Of a DNA stretch of 64,000 bases, positions 48,319 through 58,629 are shown in pieces (position 1 is the first letter of the stretch; each line of letters opens with the position of its first letter). The position numbers and the translations under genes were made by a program. The notes under the pieces were generated by a model. The model made no database searches. It saw only the letters and a program-made list of their open reading frames with translations, and was not told the DNA's origin. The stretch lies in IMG/VR virus record IMGVR_UViG_3300035703_000008, positions 124,001-188,000 of that record, one strand, 5' to 3'.

Positions 48319-51300
48319 ATGGCCGTGACACGAATTAATAATAATCAGATATCCGACGCATCGGCAGGTAATGCGTATGTGGGTATCAATGCTGCAGTTA
48401 AGCTGCAGGATTACTCGATCACCTCGGGTAAGATCTCTAACAACCTGACTTATGGTAGCGATCTTACTGTCGCAGGTAACCTTACTGTACAAGGTAACAC
48501 AACAACAATCGACACCGTTAACGTGGTCGTCGAAGATCCACTGCTGCTGCTTGCTGCTGCACAGACCGGATCGCCCACGCTGGACATTGGCTTTATTGGC
48601 AAGCGTGGTACCAGCGATAACATCGCGTTTGTCTGGGACGAAAGCGAAGGATTGTTTGCAGCCGCATTCACTTCTAGCGAAGTCACAAACACAACTATCA
48701 CTATCAACAGCTATGCCAGCGTGAAATCTCTGGATTCTGCTGTGACTGGAAATCTTTCGGTAACAGGAATCAGCACATTTACTGGCAATGTCACACTGGG
48801 CAACCTCTTTGTTGACGGTCAAAAAACCATTGATGTTGGCAACAGCATCATCGGCAATGTGCAGTATCCTGTGGCCAACACTGATGCTGCAACCAAGAAG
48901 TTTGTTCTCGACGAAACCAGCGGCGGCTTCTTTGTCACTGATGCAGCAAATGCCAGCCCCCAAGAAGTCAAAAAGGGCGAGTACCTTAGATTCCTTGGCA
49001 CCACTAATGAAGTCGACGTCGCAGTAGGCGCCACAGACAATGTTACAATCGGCTTGCCTGCTAATGTAACTATCAGCAACGACCTCACAGTCAACAACAA
49101 CGCCACTATCGAAGGCGAGATTTTTGCCAACGGCAACATCCTGGTATCTGTGGCTAATACTTACAGCCTGGGCAATGCTTCTCATCGTTTCAAGGATCTT
49201 TACCTCAGTGGCAACACACTGTATCTGGGCAATGTTGAGCTTTCCCAGACTACAACTGATCGTACCATCCCTGTTGTCACCATTTCTGCCAATGGCTCAG
49301 ACGCAGTAGCCAACGCTGAATCGTTTAACGCTTCCAATGCTGTCACAGCTGGCGGCAACGTTACTGGTGCCAATGTTATTGCTACAGCCAATGTCACTGC
49401 CACAGGCAACGTATCAGGTGGCAACGTATTGGCCACAGCAGGGCTGTATGGCGCTTCTTTGAGCGTGACTGGCAACATCGCAGGTGGAAACCTCAGTTCA
49501 GCTGGTATCATCACAGCAGTTGGTAACATCGCAGGTGGAAATCTTGCTGCTAGCGGTGCTATTGATGCCACAGGTAATGTCACAGCTGGCAACGTGATCA
49601 CAGTTGGTGTTGTAACTGCCACAGGCAACGTAACAGGTGGAAACCTGATCACAGCTGGTGCAGTGACTGCCACAGGCAACATCACAGCCACAGGCAATGT
49701 TGTAGGCGGAAACCTCGTAACAGCTGGAAACCTCGAAGCCAACAATGCTTCTATTGCTGGTTCGTTCAGTGCCAACAACCTTTCGGCAGTGAACAATGTC
49801 ACTGGCAACGTGATCACATCCAACACCAGCATCAACGGTCAGACCGTGGTAGCTTCTGGAAACGTCACAGCTGGTAACGTGATCTCCAGCGGTATCGTAA
49901 GTGCCACAGGCAACGTGAGCGGTGGAAACCTGACCACAGCTGGCCTCGTAAGTGCCACAGGCAACGTGAGCGGTGGAAACCTGACCACAGCTGGCCTCGT
50001 AAGTGCCACAGGCAACGTGAGCGGTGGAAACCTGACCACAACTGGTAAAGTGTCTGCTGCAACTGGTACATTCACTGGCGACGTTGACGTAGCTAATCTT
50101 TCTGCTTCTGGTACAGCCACAGTCACAGGCAATGTGCTGGCTGGTAACCTCAACACTGGTGGAAAAGTAGTGGCCACTGGCAACATTGACAGTTCCGCTC
50201 ATATTTCGGCAACAAACAGCATCACAGCTGGCGGTAACATCTCTGGTGGTAATATCAGTGCTTCGGGCACAATCGCTGCCACAGGCAATGTGTCAGGAGG
50301 TAACCTTACTACACTGGGCGCAGTAATAGCATCCGGTAACGTCACTGGTGACAATCTCTTTGGCGATGCACTGTTTGGCGTCACTGGCGACTTCAATATC
50401 TATGCACCTGCTGGTAACCACAGCATCATCCTTAATGCTACTGGTACAGGTACCATCGACGTTGGCAACGTCAGAATCACCACACTGGCTGAACCCAGCA
50501 ACGACAACGATGCCGCAACCAAAGGCTATGTTGACTCGGTAGCACAGGGTCTCGATGTCAAAGCTTCGGTGGTAGTTGCTACTACAGCACCTCTGCCTGC
50601 ATTTACCTATAACAACGGTAATGCTGGTGTTGGCGCTACAATCACAGCTTCTGCAGCTGGTAACCTCGAGATTGACGGTGTAACAGTATCCACTGGCGAT
50701 CGCGTGCTGATCAAGAACGAAACCGGTGCTGATGAGCCTTACAACGGTATCTACGTAGTGACCACAGCGGGTACACCCAGCGTACCGTTTGAACTGACAC
50801 GTTCCACAGACATGGACAACGGAAGCCCCAGCGGTGAGTTCCCTGGTGCGTTTACGTTTGTCGAAGAAGGTACAGTGAACTTTGATTCGGGCTGGGTATG
50901 TACTACCAACGCTCCAGTCACAGTGGGCACAACACCTATCACGTTCCAGCAGTTCTCGGGTGCAGGTTCGATCGTTGCTGGTAACGGTCTGGGCAAAACA
51001 GGTAGTACACTGTTCGTCAACGTTGACAACGATACCACAGCTATCGTAGCTGACAACGTGGTAGTTAAAGCAGGTGCTAACCTGGTAACTCCCAACATTG
51101 GCAACGCCACAGGTACCACACTCACACTCACAGGCAACGTAGTAGCTGGTAACGTCAACTCCAACGGCGCAGTCACAGCTGGAACAAGCGTCACAGCCAC
51201 AGGCAACATCAGCGGTGCTAACTTGTTGGCCAGTGGTTATGTAGCTGCTTCGGGCAACGTAAGCGGTGCTAACTTGTTGGCCAGTGGTTTTGTATCTGCC

Positions 51301-54300
51301 ACAGGCAACGTAATTGGTGCCAATGTTGTCGCTGTCAATGGACTGTACGGTACCACATTGTCAGTTGTGGGCAATGTCGATGCTGGCAACCTCAACACCA
51401 CAGGCAAAGTAGTTGCAGTTGGCAACGTTGATGCAGGTAACGTCAACACTGCTGGTAATGTAGCTGCAAACTTTGTGTTTGCTACAGGCAACGTTGATGC
51501 AGGTAACCTGATCACTTCGGGCGTGATGACTGCCACAGGCAACGTAACAGGTGGTAATGTACTCACAGCTGGTATCGTAAGTGCTACAGGTAATGTAAGC
51601 GGCGGCAATGTAACCACAGCTGGTCGTGTTGATGCCACAGGTAACGTGGCTGGTGGAAACTTGACCACAGCTGGTCGTGTTGATGCAGTTGGCAACGTGG
51701 CTGGTGGAAACCTGACCACAGCTGGTGCAGTTGATGCAATTGGTAACGTATCTGGCGGTAATGTACTGTCCAGCGGTATCGTAAGTGCCACAGGCAACGT
51801 GAGCGGTGGAAACCTGACCACAGTGGGACAAGTTCTTGCCACAGGCAACGTAGCTGGCGGCAACATCACCACAGTGGGCGGTGTCACTGCTACTGGCAAT
51901 GTCAACGCATTTGACGTAGTAGCCAGCAACGCACTGATTGGTAACAGCCTGGTAATTAGCGGCAACATCAACGGTGGAAACCTCAACGCTGTTAATGCTG
52001 TCAATGCCGGTACTACAGTGACCGCAGTTGGAAATGTCACGGGTGGTAATGTACTCACAGCTGGTATCGTAAGTGCCACAGGCAACGTCACAGGTGGTAA
52101 TGTACTCACAGCTGGTATTGTAAGTGCTACAGGCAATGTAAGCGGTGGCAACGTAACCACAGCTGGTATCGTGAGCGCCACAGGCAATGTAACAGGTGGA
52201 AATCTGGTTGCGATTGGCGATGTCAGCGGTGCTACACTCACTATCAGCGGTAATGTAGCAGGTGGAAACCTGATCACTTCTGGTCAAGTTCTTGCCACAG
52301 GCAACGTAACAGGTGGTAATGTACTCACAGCTGGTATCGTAAGTGCCACAGGCAACGTCACAGGCGGTAACCTGATCACAGCAGGTGAAATGACTGCTAC
52401 AGGCAACGTCACAGGCGGTAATGTAATCACAGCTGGTATCGTAAGTGCCACAGGCAACGTAACAGGTGGAAACCTTATTACTAGCGGTTCCGCTGAAATC
52501 ACAGGAAATGCTTCGGCTAACAACCTGTCAGTGACAACTACTGCTGCGCTGGGCAACATCGTGATCTCTGGTGATGACGTAACTGGTACCAACGGCAAAG
52601 TAACATTCAATGCTGCTGGTGACGACATTGACTTTGTGTTCTCGGGCAACAATGCTGCCAATTTGCTGGTAGTTGATTCTGGGGCCGACACAGTGTTGAT
52701 CAACACTGGAACACCGGTTACAGACTCCTTGCTCACCATTGGTGGTGCAAGCTCAATGATCATCCCCGTGGGTAATACAAGCCAGCGTCCGCTAGCACCT
52801 GTGAGTGGTATGATCCGATTCAACAGCCAGCTCGACCAGTTTGAGTTCTATGACAACAACAGCTGGACCACAGCCGGTGTTGAGTTCACAGTGATCGCTT
52901 CCGAAACCTTCAACGGTGACGGTGCTACCACAGTGTTTACATTGAGCTCTAACCAGACCACAGCTTCCTGTATCGTCAGCATCAACGGTGTGGTACAGTT
53001 GCCCGTGACAGCTTACGCTGTAACAGGCGGAACTACACTGACATTTACTGAAGCTCCTGAAGTAGGTGACGTGATTGAAGTACGCGAGATCACAACAACT
53101 ACCACTATCATGGGTATCAGCAATGGTGATGCTTCTGCTCAGATCGAAGCTTCAGCCAACACCGCTGATATCGATATCACTGGTAACCTGCTGCCTACAG
53201 CCAATGTCACATATAACTTGGGTAGCAATACTGCAGCTTGGAACGACCTGTATCTGGCAGGTAACACCATTTACCTCGGACCCCTGCGTCTTGAAGCTGC
53301 TGACGCCAACACATTCGTGGTGTTGAACAGCAGCGGACAACAGGCCAACATCGACGTTGGTGCAGTTGACGTCTCGGCTATCTCCAGTGGAACCACAACA
53401 ATTGGTATCGCAACACCCAATGGAAATGCTTATGTGAGCGTGGGCGGACAAGCCAATCGTTTGGTGGTAAGCACTGCAGGCGCTAATGTTGATGGAACAT
53501 TTGGTGTCACAGGCAACATCACTGGTGGCAACGTAAGTGCTACAGGAATTGCTGGTACATTGAGCACAGCAGCACAGCCCAACATCACCAGTGTTGGTAC
53601 ACTGACAAGTCTGGCAGTAACTGGCAATATCAGTAGTGGCAACGTAATTGCTACAGGAATCGCTGGTACACTGAGCACAGCAGCGCAGCCCAATATCACC
53701 AGTGTTGGTACACTGGGATCGTTGACTGTAACTGGCAATATCAGTGGTGGAAATCTTGCAGGCACATTGACCACAGCAACACAGACCAACATCACAACAA
53801 TTGGTACACTGGGATCGTTGACTGTAACAGGCAACGTCAACACTGGTAACGTAAGTGGTACTACAGGTACATTTACTAATGTGTCTGGTACATTGACCAC
53901 AGCAGCACAGACCAACATTACTAGTGTTGGTACACTGGGCAGCCTGGCAGTTACAGGAAACGTTTCAACTGGTAACGTAAGTGGTACTACAGGTACATTT
54001 ACTAATGTGTCTGGTACATTGACCACAGCAGCACAGACCAACATCACATCGTTGGGTACACTGGGAAGTCTGGCAGTTACTGGCAATATCGGTGGTGGCA
54101 ACCTCAACATTACAGGAAACATCGTTGACAGCGGAGCACTCAGCATCATCACAGGATCCAATGGTAATCTTACATTGAATGCTGGAACTGGCTCTATCAT
54201 AGTCAACAGTGACATCCTAAATGGTCGTGCCAATGGCGTCGGCAATATTGGTTCTAGTACTGGTTACTTCAACACAATTTTTGCCAAGGCCACAAGTGCT

Positions 54301-54678
54301 CAGTACGCTGACTTGGCAGAGATGTATGAAGCCGATGCTGCTATCGAACCTGGTACAGTGGTGTGCTTTGGTGGAGACAAAGAAGTACAAGTTTGTGCCC
54401 ACGACGAAGACACAGCAGTGGCTGGCGTGATATCTACCAACCCCAGCTACATCATGAACTCGGCCCAGACTGGCGAGCACGTGGTTGCTGTGGCATTCAC
54501 AGGTCGCGTACCTTGTAAAGTAGTTGGTCCTGTCAAGAAGGGTGATCTCATGGTATCGGCTGGCAATGGTGCAGCCAAGGCCAAGAAGGATCCCAAAGTT
54601 GGTACAGTGATTGGTAAAGCACTGGCCGACTTTGATGGTGCCGAAGGCGTGATCGAAGTGGTAGTTGGACGCTTCTAA
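48319..54678 (+). CDS. Long tail fibre protein with 17-aa ATGNVTGGN repeats and C-terminal intramolecular chaperone domain
   Basis: 2119 aa; many (S)ATGNV(T/S)GGN(L/V).T.G repeats; DAATK.YVD; GDRVL.KN...NGIY; ATSAQYADLAE C-terminal domain. Confidence 0.85.
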   Translation: MAVTRINNNQISDASAGNAYVGINAAVKLQDYSITSGKISNNLTYGSDLTVAGNLTVQGNTTTIDTVNVVVEDPLLLLAAAQTGSPTLDIGFIGKRGTSDNIAFVWDESEGLFAAAFTSSEVTNTTITINSYASVKSLDSAVTGNLSVTGISTFTGNVTLGNLFVDGQKTIDVGNSIIGNVQYPVANTDAATKKFVLDETSGGFFVTDAANASPQEVKKGEYLRFLGTTNEVDVAVGATDNVTIGLPANVTISNDLTVNNNATIEGEIFANGNILVSVANTYSLGNASHRFKDLYLSGNTLYLGNVELSQTTTDRTIPVVTISANGSDAVANAESFNASNAVTAGGNVTGANVIATANVTATGNVSGGNVLATAGLYGASLSVTGNIAGGNLSSAGIITAVGNIAGGNLAASGAIDATGNVTAGNVITVGVVTATGNVTGGNLITAGAVTATGNITATGNVVGGNLVTAGNLEANNASIAGSFSANNLSAVNNVTGNVITSNTSINGQTVVASGNVTAGNVISSGIVSATGNVSGGNLTTAGLVSATGNVSGGNLTTAGLVSATGNVSGGNLTTTGKVSAATGTFTGDVDVANLSASGTATVTGNVLAGNLNTGGKVVATGNIDSSAHISATNSITAGGNISGGNISASGTIAATGNVSGGNLTTLGAVIASGNVTGDNLFGDALFGVTGDFNIYAPAGNHSIILNATGTGTIDVGNVRITTLAEPSNDNDAATKGYVDSVAQGLDVKASVVVATTAPLPAFTYNNGNAGVGATITASAAGNLEIDGVTVSTGDRVLIKNETGADEPYNGIYVVTTAGTPSVPFELTRSTDMDNGSPSGEFPGAFTFVEEGTVNFDSGWVCTTNAPVTVGTTPITFQQFSGAGSIVAGNGLGKTGSTLFVNVDNDTTAIVADNVVVKAGANLVTPNIGNATGTTLTLTGNVVAGNVNSNGAVTAGTSVTATGNISGANLLASGYVAASGNVSGANLLASGFVSATGNVIGANVVAVNGLYGTTLSVVGNVDAGNLNTTGKVVAVGNVDAGNVNTAGNVAANFVFATGNVDAGNLITSGVMTATGNVTGGNVLTAGIVSATGNVSGGNVTTAGRVDATGNVAGGNLTTAGRVDAVGNVAGGNLTTAGAVDAIGNVSGGNVLSSGIVSATGNVSGGNLTTVGQVLATGNVAGGNITTVGGVTATGNVNAFDVVASNALIGNSLVISGNINGGNLNAVNAVNAGTTVTAVGNVTGGNVLTAGIVSATGNVTGGNVLTAGIVSATGNVSGGNVTTAGIVSATGNVTGGNLVAIGDVSGATLTISGNVAGGNLITSGQVLATGNVTGGNVLTAGIVSATGNVTGGNLITAGEMTATGNVTGGNVITAGIVSATGNVTGGNLITSGSAEITGNASANNLSVTTTAALGNIVISGDDVTGTNGKVTFNAAGDDIDFVFSGNNAANLLVVDSGADTVLINTGTPVTDSLLTIGGASSMIIPVGNTSQRPLAPVSGMIRFNSQLDQFEFYDNNSWTTAGVEFTVIASETFNGDGATTVFTLSSNQTTASCIVSINGVVQLPVTAYAVTGGTTLTFTEAPEVGDVIEVREITTTTTIMGISNGDASAQIEASANTADIDITGNLLPTANVTYNLGSNTAAWNDLYLAGNTIYLGPLRLEAADANTFVVLNSSGQQANIDVGAVDVSAISSGTTTIGIATPNGNAYVSVGGQANRLVVSTAGANVDGTFGVTGNITGGNVSATGIAGTLSTAAQPNITSVGTLTSLAVTGNISSGNVIATGIAGTLSTAAQPNITSVGTLGSLTVTGNISGGNLAGTLTTATQTNITTIGTLGSLTVTGNVNTGNVSGTTGTFTNVSGTLTTAAQTNITSVGTLGSLAVTGNVSTGNVSGTTGTFTNVSGTLTTAAQTNITSLGTLGSLAVTGNIGGGNLNITGNIVDSGALSIITGSNGNLTLNAGTGSIIVNSDILNGRANGVGNIGSSTGYFNTIFAKATSAQYADLAEMYEADAAIEPGTVVCFGGDKEVQVCAHDEDTAVAGVISTNPSYIMNSAQTGEHVVAVAFTGRVPCKVVGPVKKGDLMVSAGNGAAKAKKDPKVGTVIGKALADFDGAEGVIEVVVGRF
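49895..50040 (+). repeat. Near-perfect 51-nt tandem repeat (x3) within fibre gene
   Basis: CGTAAGTGCCACAGGCAACGTGAGCGGTGGAAACCTGACCACA at 49896, 49947, 49998. Confidence 0.9.
53842..54044 (+). repeat. 126-nt-period duplication within fibre gene
   Basis: Identical ~77-nt block starting ACTGGTAACGTAAGTGGTACTACAGG at 53842 and 53968. Confidence 0.85.
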
Positions 54679-54696
54679 GCATCACAGGCAGTAACT

Positions 54697-54729
54697 AAAA
54701 TAGGGCAGCTGACGCTGCCCTATTTTTTT
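54697..54729 (+). terminator. Rho-independent terminator after fibre gene
   Basis: AAAATAGGGCAGC-TGAC-GCTGCCCTATTTTTTT. Confidence 0.9.
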
Positions 54730-54760
54730 GGCTAAGTAATCAAGACTAGGAGAGGGTCAG

Positions 54761-55423
54761 ATGATACAGCAAAAATTCCGCAAAGATTATTCAGGCGAAT
54801 TTATCGTCCTACAAGTGAGATATGTAGATGGAAAAAAACAAGAGATACGCGAATGGGTCGAGAATCCCATACAAAATGATCACATGAAACGAGCTGCTGT
54901 GATCGGTACCAACCTCGATCGACACTTTTTCGACTATTCAAAACTGGAGCGTCATCGTGGAGGACTCTTGGCCAGTAAAAAACTACAGACCTATGTCACA
55001 GGGCAGATGTGGAAGGAAATCAAGGCTGATTTTCTAGTAGAAACTGACCGATCTCTCTTGGAAGAATTTATAAAAGAAAAGTACACCTCAACTCGTGTGT
55101 GTTATACCACAGCCACGAATTGTATCCGATATCCGGGCGAATTCTATCTCGTGCCTTTCAACCCCAAAATTGATGTCATGGCTTTGCCATTGTATCTTGC
55201 AGCATTTGACGGTCACGAAGAGATTTTCGTGATGGGCTATACTAAAATCACGGAATCGGGAACCAAAGCCTGGCGAACCAACGTGGATCAAGTGATACGA
55301 GCCTATCCGGGCGTGAAGTTTTATTTTGTCGGACCGGAGACAAATACTCCAGAAATGTGGAGACACAACAAAAATGTCAGTTGCATGACCTATCGAGATT
55401 TCATCACTTACTGTGATGTGTGA
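54761..55423 (+). CDS. DUF115/Maf-like protein, distant paralogue of 41775-42383
   Basis: AAVIG...DR, LQTY......ADFLV.TD, LYLAAFDGH.EIF.MGY, W...V..V...YP...F..V. Confidence 0.55.
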   Translation: MIQQKFRKDYSGEFIVLQVRYVDGKKQEIREWVENPIQNDHMKRAAVIGTNLDRHFFDYSKLERHRGGLLASKKLQTYVTGQMWKEIKADFLVETDRSLLEEFIKEKYTSTRVCYTTATNCIRYPGEFYLVPFNPKIDVMALPLYLAAFDGHEEIFVMGYTKITESGTKAWRTNVDQVIRAYPGVKFYFVGPETNTPEMWRHNKNVSCMTYRDFITYCDV

Positions 55424-55833
55424 ACTGTGGTCCTGATGGTGTCTATTTTTTGACGAACAGCATCGAAGTTTATCATGTTCCATAGTCCGGGATGCATGGG
55501 CTTGGGCCATGAACCCGAGTCAATCCAGGCATATCCCAGATGTTCGTCGTTGAGCCTGGGACCAAACTCGTTGAGTACACAACAGAAGAACGTGTGATAA
55601 ACGAACCCACCGTCGGCACTGGTAAACTGTTCTAAAGGAACCAACTTGACATGATCGGGAAACTCGCCAATCTCTTCTTGGCATTCGCGAGTCATGGCAG
55701 CCAACAAACTTTCCCCAGCTTCGGCTTTGCCGCCGGGTAGTCCCCAGGTCATGGGATGTTTGGCATCGTTCCTTAGCAGATAAAGATATCGCTGTGTGTC
55801 GAGGCTGTAAAACCATACACCAACTGCGTTCAC
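55408..55833 (-). CDS. Nudix hydrolase
   Basis: Nudix box PGGKAEAGES...AMTRECQEEIG; GTG start overlapping gp15-like stop. Confidence 0.9.
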   Translation of the reverse strand: MNAVGVWFYSLDTQRYLYLLRNDAKHPMTWGLPGGKAEAGESLLAAMTRECQEEIGEFPDHVKLVPLEQFTSADGGFVYHTFFCCVLNEFGPRLNDEHLGYAWIDSGSWPKPMHPGLWNMINFDAVRQKIDTIRTTVHTSQ

Positions 55834-57212
55834 AGAACCAGACTCCATTCGCCTGACGGGTAAAGTCCTTCGTAGCTTTTGACCCATTCTCTGCCGGTCC
55901 ATCTGTATTGCAATCCCGTAGTGATGTTGGTCATGTATTGTACATTGGTTCCAGTCTCGCTGTCAAATGCCACTTGCCATTGACCATCTGCGTACTGTAT
56001 CACATCGTTGGCCGTGGCCACTACTGGGCCCCATGCAGCAGCAAATGCGGTGTCAGTGTCGCTGCCAATGTCGTTGAGTATGAGATATCGTTGTCCTTCG
56101 GCTGCGGCAGGCAAACCAGCACCCGGACCACTGAGCAAGGGATCAATCACGGCATCTACGGGATCCAAGGTGTTTACAGGCACAGTGTCTTGGTCGATGT
56201 CAACCAGCAAGAATCTTTCATCGGTGGGGTCGTAGCTCACGGTTCCGATGATTTCGTTATCGCCGCCCCACTGATCAGAAAATCTTATCTGCGAAATTCC
56301 CGGCCTCAGCACACCATACATGCCCACTACAGCAGGCCAAAACTCGTTGCTGAACGGCGAGTCGGGTGGATTGACATTGCTGTTGGGCTGATCAACCACG
56401 GCTGAATATTTGAGTACCTGTACCTTGTTGCCCAACAGCAAGGTCTGGAAGTTGTAAGGCGTGAATTTTTGGCGTGTGCCCAGCAAGAGATCATTGTTGG
56501 TGATGGCTTCGTTGGCATCACCTTGTGCATCAAACACCGAGTAAATGATCTTCTCTACCACTCCCAGTTTCTTGATCTTGGCCGGAGCAGAGATCCAGAT
56601 AGGAACAGTGAATCTCATGGTCATGATATCGATGGGATTTTCTGTGCCTTGGGGGATGGTACGACTGCTCCAAGTCACATTGTCCAAGTCCACGGTGGTG
56701 AGGCTGGTCCAATCGATGTAGCTGTCGGTGCTTTGTATTTCCAATGCAGGATTGAACAAGGTAGAGATCTGTTCGAAGATCTGGAACTTTTGGTTGGTAT
56801 TTGAAGTCCAGATATCGCAGTTGATGGTCATCTTATAGGGCACTGGCATGAGTCGTTCGATGGTGAAGGCATTGCCCTGCGTGGTCTCGTAGCTTTCAGT
56901 GTCGGGATCATAGGTGCGTTGACGTACCTGCATCTTGTTGACGAAGTAGGGCTCTTGCATCCTAGGACGATCGTAGTCCATGCCCACGATGTAAAAAGTG
57001 ATCAATGGAGTAGATGGCATGGAGTTGGCCGAGTTCTCCTGTATGATGGTCTGTGCCTGGCGGCTGGCATCACCGTAGCGTACCGGGACACGCACCAAAG
57101 TGGCTTCGAGGCTTTCATCACGACCATACTCGACTTGGAAGTTGGAAAAGATCCTAGCAAACTGCAAAAGGAATCTGCGTATCTGTTCGTCGTAAAAATG
57201 TTGCTGAGCCAT
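55830..57212 (-). CDS. Tail sheath stabiliser/terminator, gp15-like, with C-terminal extension
   Basis: FYDEQIRR...QF..IFSNF, VPV.YG, MPVPY......IW..N..Q..QI.EQI...FNP. Confidence 0.8.
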   Translation of the reverse strand: MAQQHFYDEQIRRFLLQFARIFSNFQVEYGRDESLEATLVRVPVRYGDASRQAQTIIQENSANSMPSTPLITFYIVGMDYDRPRMQEPYFVNKMQVRQRTYDPDTESYETTQGNAFTIERLMPVPYKMTINCDIWTSNTNQKFQIFEQISTLFNPALEIQSTDSYIDWTSLTTVDLDNVTWSSRTIPQGTENPIDIMTMRFTVPIWISAPAKIKKLGVVEKIIYSVFDAQGDANEAITNNDLLLGTRQKFTPYNFQTLLLGNKVQVLKYSAVVDQPNSNVNPPDSPFSNEFWPAVVGMYGVLRPGISQIRFSDQWGGDNEIIGTVSYDPTDERFLLVDIDQDTVPVNTLDPVDAVIDPLLSGPGAGLPAAAEGQRYLILNDIGSDTDTAFAAAWGPVVATANDVIQYADGQWQVAFDSETGTNVQYMTNITTGLQYRWTGREWVKSYEGLYPSGEWSLVL

Positions 57213-58573
57213 TATCTTCCTGGTGGTCTTGGGTTAGGCGGTAAGTTGCCACCTTGATCGCCGTTGTCGGCCAAGGGACGTAGTGCTTGACTGAGACTCT
57301 GCCGGCTGGGTATGTTGCCCATATCGGTGGTAGACACGGTGTATTCGTTGTTGACAAAACTGCTTCGCAGCGTCTGATTGCTGGGACCATTGGTGAGATT
57401 GGTACGCACCTTGTCCTCGATCTTGAGCCAACCACGTCCGTTGAAGCGAAACAAACGATTTGGGAAATAATCCAAGCGCAGGCAGTAGTCGCCTTCTTGT
57501 GGGTTGGTAGGAAAGCTCACGCCTGGCGTCACAGGCAGGCCATTTGGGGCTATGCCGTCGCCGGTGAGATAGCCCATGGTCCAACCATCGGCTCTTGGGG
57601 TTTGACTGGCATCAGCCACTCCTACTCCGGTGTAGTCTACAGTGGGTACAGTACCGTCCACTGTGGGACCTGCTGGATTGGCCGGTGTGCCATCGGGGTT
57701 GGTGGGGAATATGTAAAACTTCACAGTGTCGTAGCCACTGAGAGGAACTTCTACTTCGGCCTGTGCCAGTATGGCATCATTGATCTCAAGGTCTTTGTTG
57801 CGGGTGCTGGCCTTGTCAGCTATGGTAGTGGGGTTGGTGATCTCGCGCCAGTAGTTGGTGTCTGTGATGGGTGTGCCCACTGGCACATCTACACGGGCTT
57901 CGTAGTAGACATCTCCTTGATTCACTATGGTACCTGCAGGATAGAAGTTGCCTGGATCCCAGATGTTTTCAGGCATGAACGGCCGGTCGATGATTTCCTG
58001 GTACTCTTGTGCATTGACCATGGGTGTGGCTTTCACACGCCACAAATGGGGCAACCAAGTCTGCGAAAAACCTTCGCTGGCGAAAGCAGCATCTTGTACC
58101 ACATAATATTTGGGAAGAGCCCGGGTAATGGCAGCATTCAAGGGATTGGGATCTTTGAGATTTGGGACTTCGATCACATCGCCACTCATGATTTTCCTAC
58201 CAATGGTGTCGATCATGTTGTTGTAGTGGAATGTCATGAACAAGGTATCGTTGTTTAGGAACAGTCCAAATTGCGTGAGATCAAAGTCGATGTCCTGGAT
58301 CTGGTACACGGCTCGCATCTGGTACACATCGGGATCATAGGAACGATCTCGGTTTTCCAGCAGCAAGAGATCCTGTATGAACAACGGATTGCTTTCGTCA
58401 TAGACTGGCTGCGTGGCATCAGCGTTTCCGGGGTCATCGGGCAAGACTTTTGGGCCCAGATACTTGTGCAGATAGATGTCAACCCCGCCGACTTGATACA
58501 TTTCGGCGATAGTGCGATCAAAAAAACGGTAATCGTTGGTTTGTTGGGGTCGCCAAAGGCTCAATCTGGGCAT
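57212..58573 (-). CDS. Neck/head-closure protein, gp14-like
   Basis: DLLLLENRDR.Y, FDLTQFGLFL.ND, GRK.MSGDV.E.P; next to gp15-like gene; TAAATA 58581-58586. Confidence 0.7.
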   Translation of the reverse strand: MPRLSLWRPQQTNDYRFFDRTIAEMYQVGGVDIYLHKYLGPKVLPDDPGNADATQPVYDESNPLFIQDLLLLENRDRSYDPDVYQMRAVYQIQDIDFDLTQFGLFLNNDTLFMTFHYNNMIDTIGRKIMSGDVIEVPNLKDPNPLNAAITRALPKYYVVQDAAFASEGFSQTWLPHLWRVKATPMVNAQEYQEIIDRPFMPENIWDPGNFYPAGTIVNQGDVYYEARVDVPVGTPITDTNYWREITNPTTIADKASTRNKDLEINDAILAQAEVEVPLSGYDTVKFYIFPTNPDGTPANPAGPTVDGTVPTVDYTGVGVADASQTPRADGWTMGYLTGDGIAPNGLPVTPGVSFPTNPQEGDYCLRLDYFPNRLFRFNGRGWLKIEDKVRTNLTNGPSNQTLRSSFVNNEYTVSTTDMGNIPSRQSLSQALRPLADNGDQGGNLPPNPRPPGR

Positions 58574-58595
58574 AGTCTTGTATTTAGCGGCAAGG

Positions 58596-58624
58596 TTGAC
58601 TCAAAATTCCAGTTTTGCTAAAAT
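58596..58624 (+). promoter_or_regulatory. Sigma70-type promoter
   Basis: TTGACT-17nt-TAAAAT with TG extension; ATG 5 nt downstream. Confidence 0.7.
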
Positions 58625-58629
58625 ACACT

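Noticed and set aside
48037-54480. Long minus-strand ORFs with PPVTLPVA repeats
   Set aside because: Reverse-complement reading of the fibre's ATGNVTGG repeats
45835-54678. Diversity-generating retroelement acting on fibre C-termini
   Set aside because: Similar C-terminal domains differ at all base types, not only adenines; no reverse transcriptase or non-coding template repeat seen
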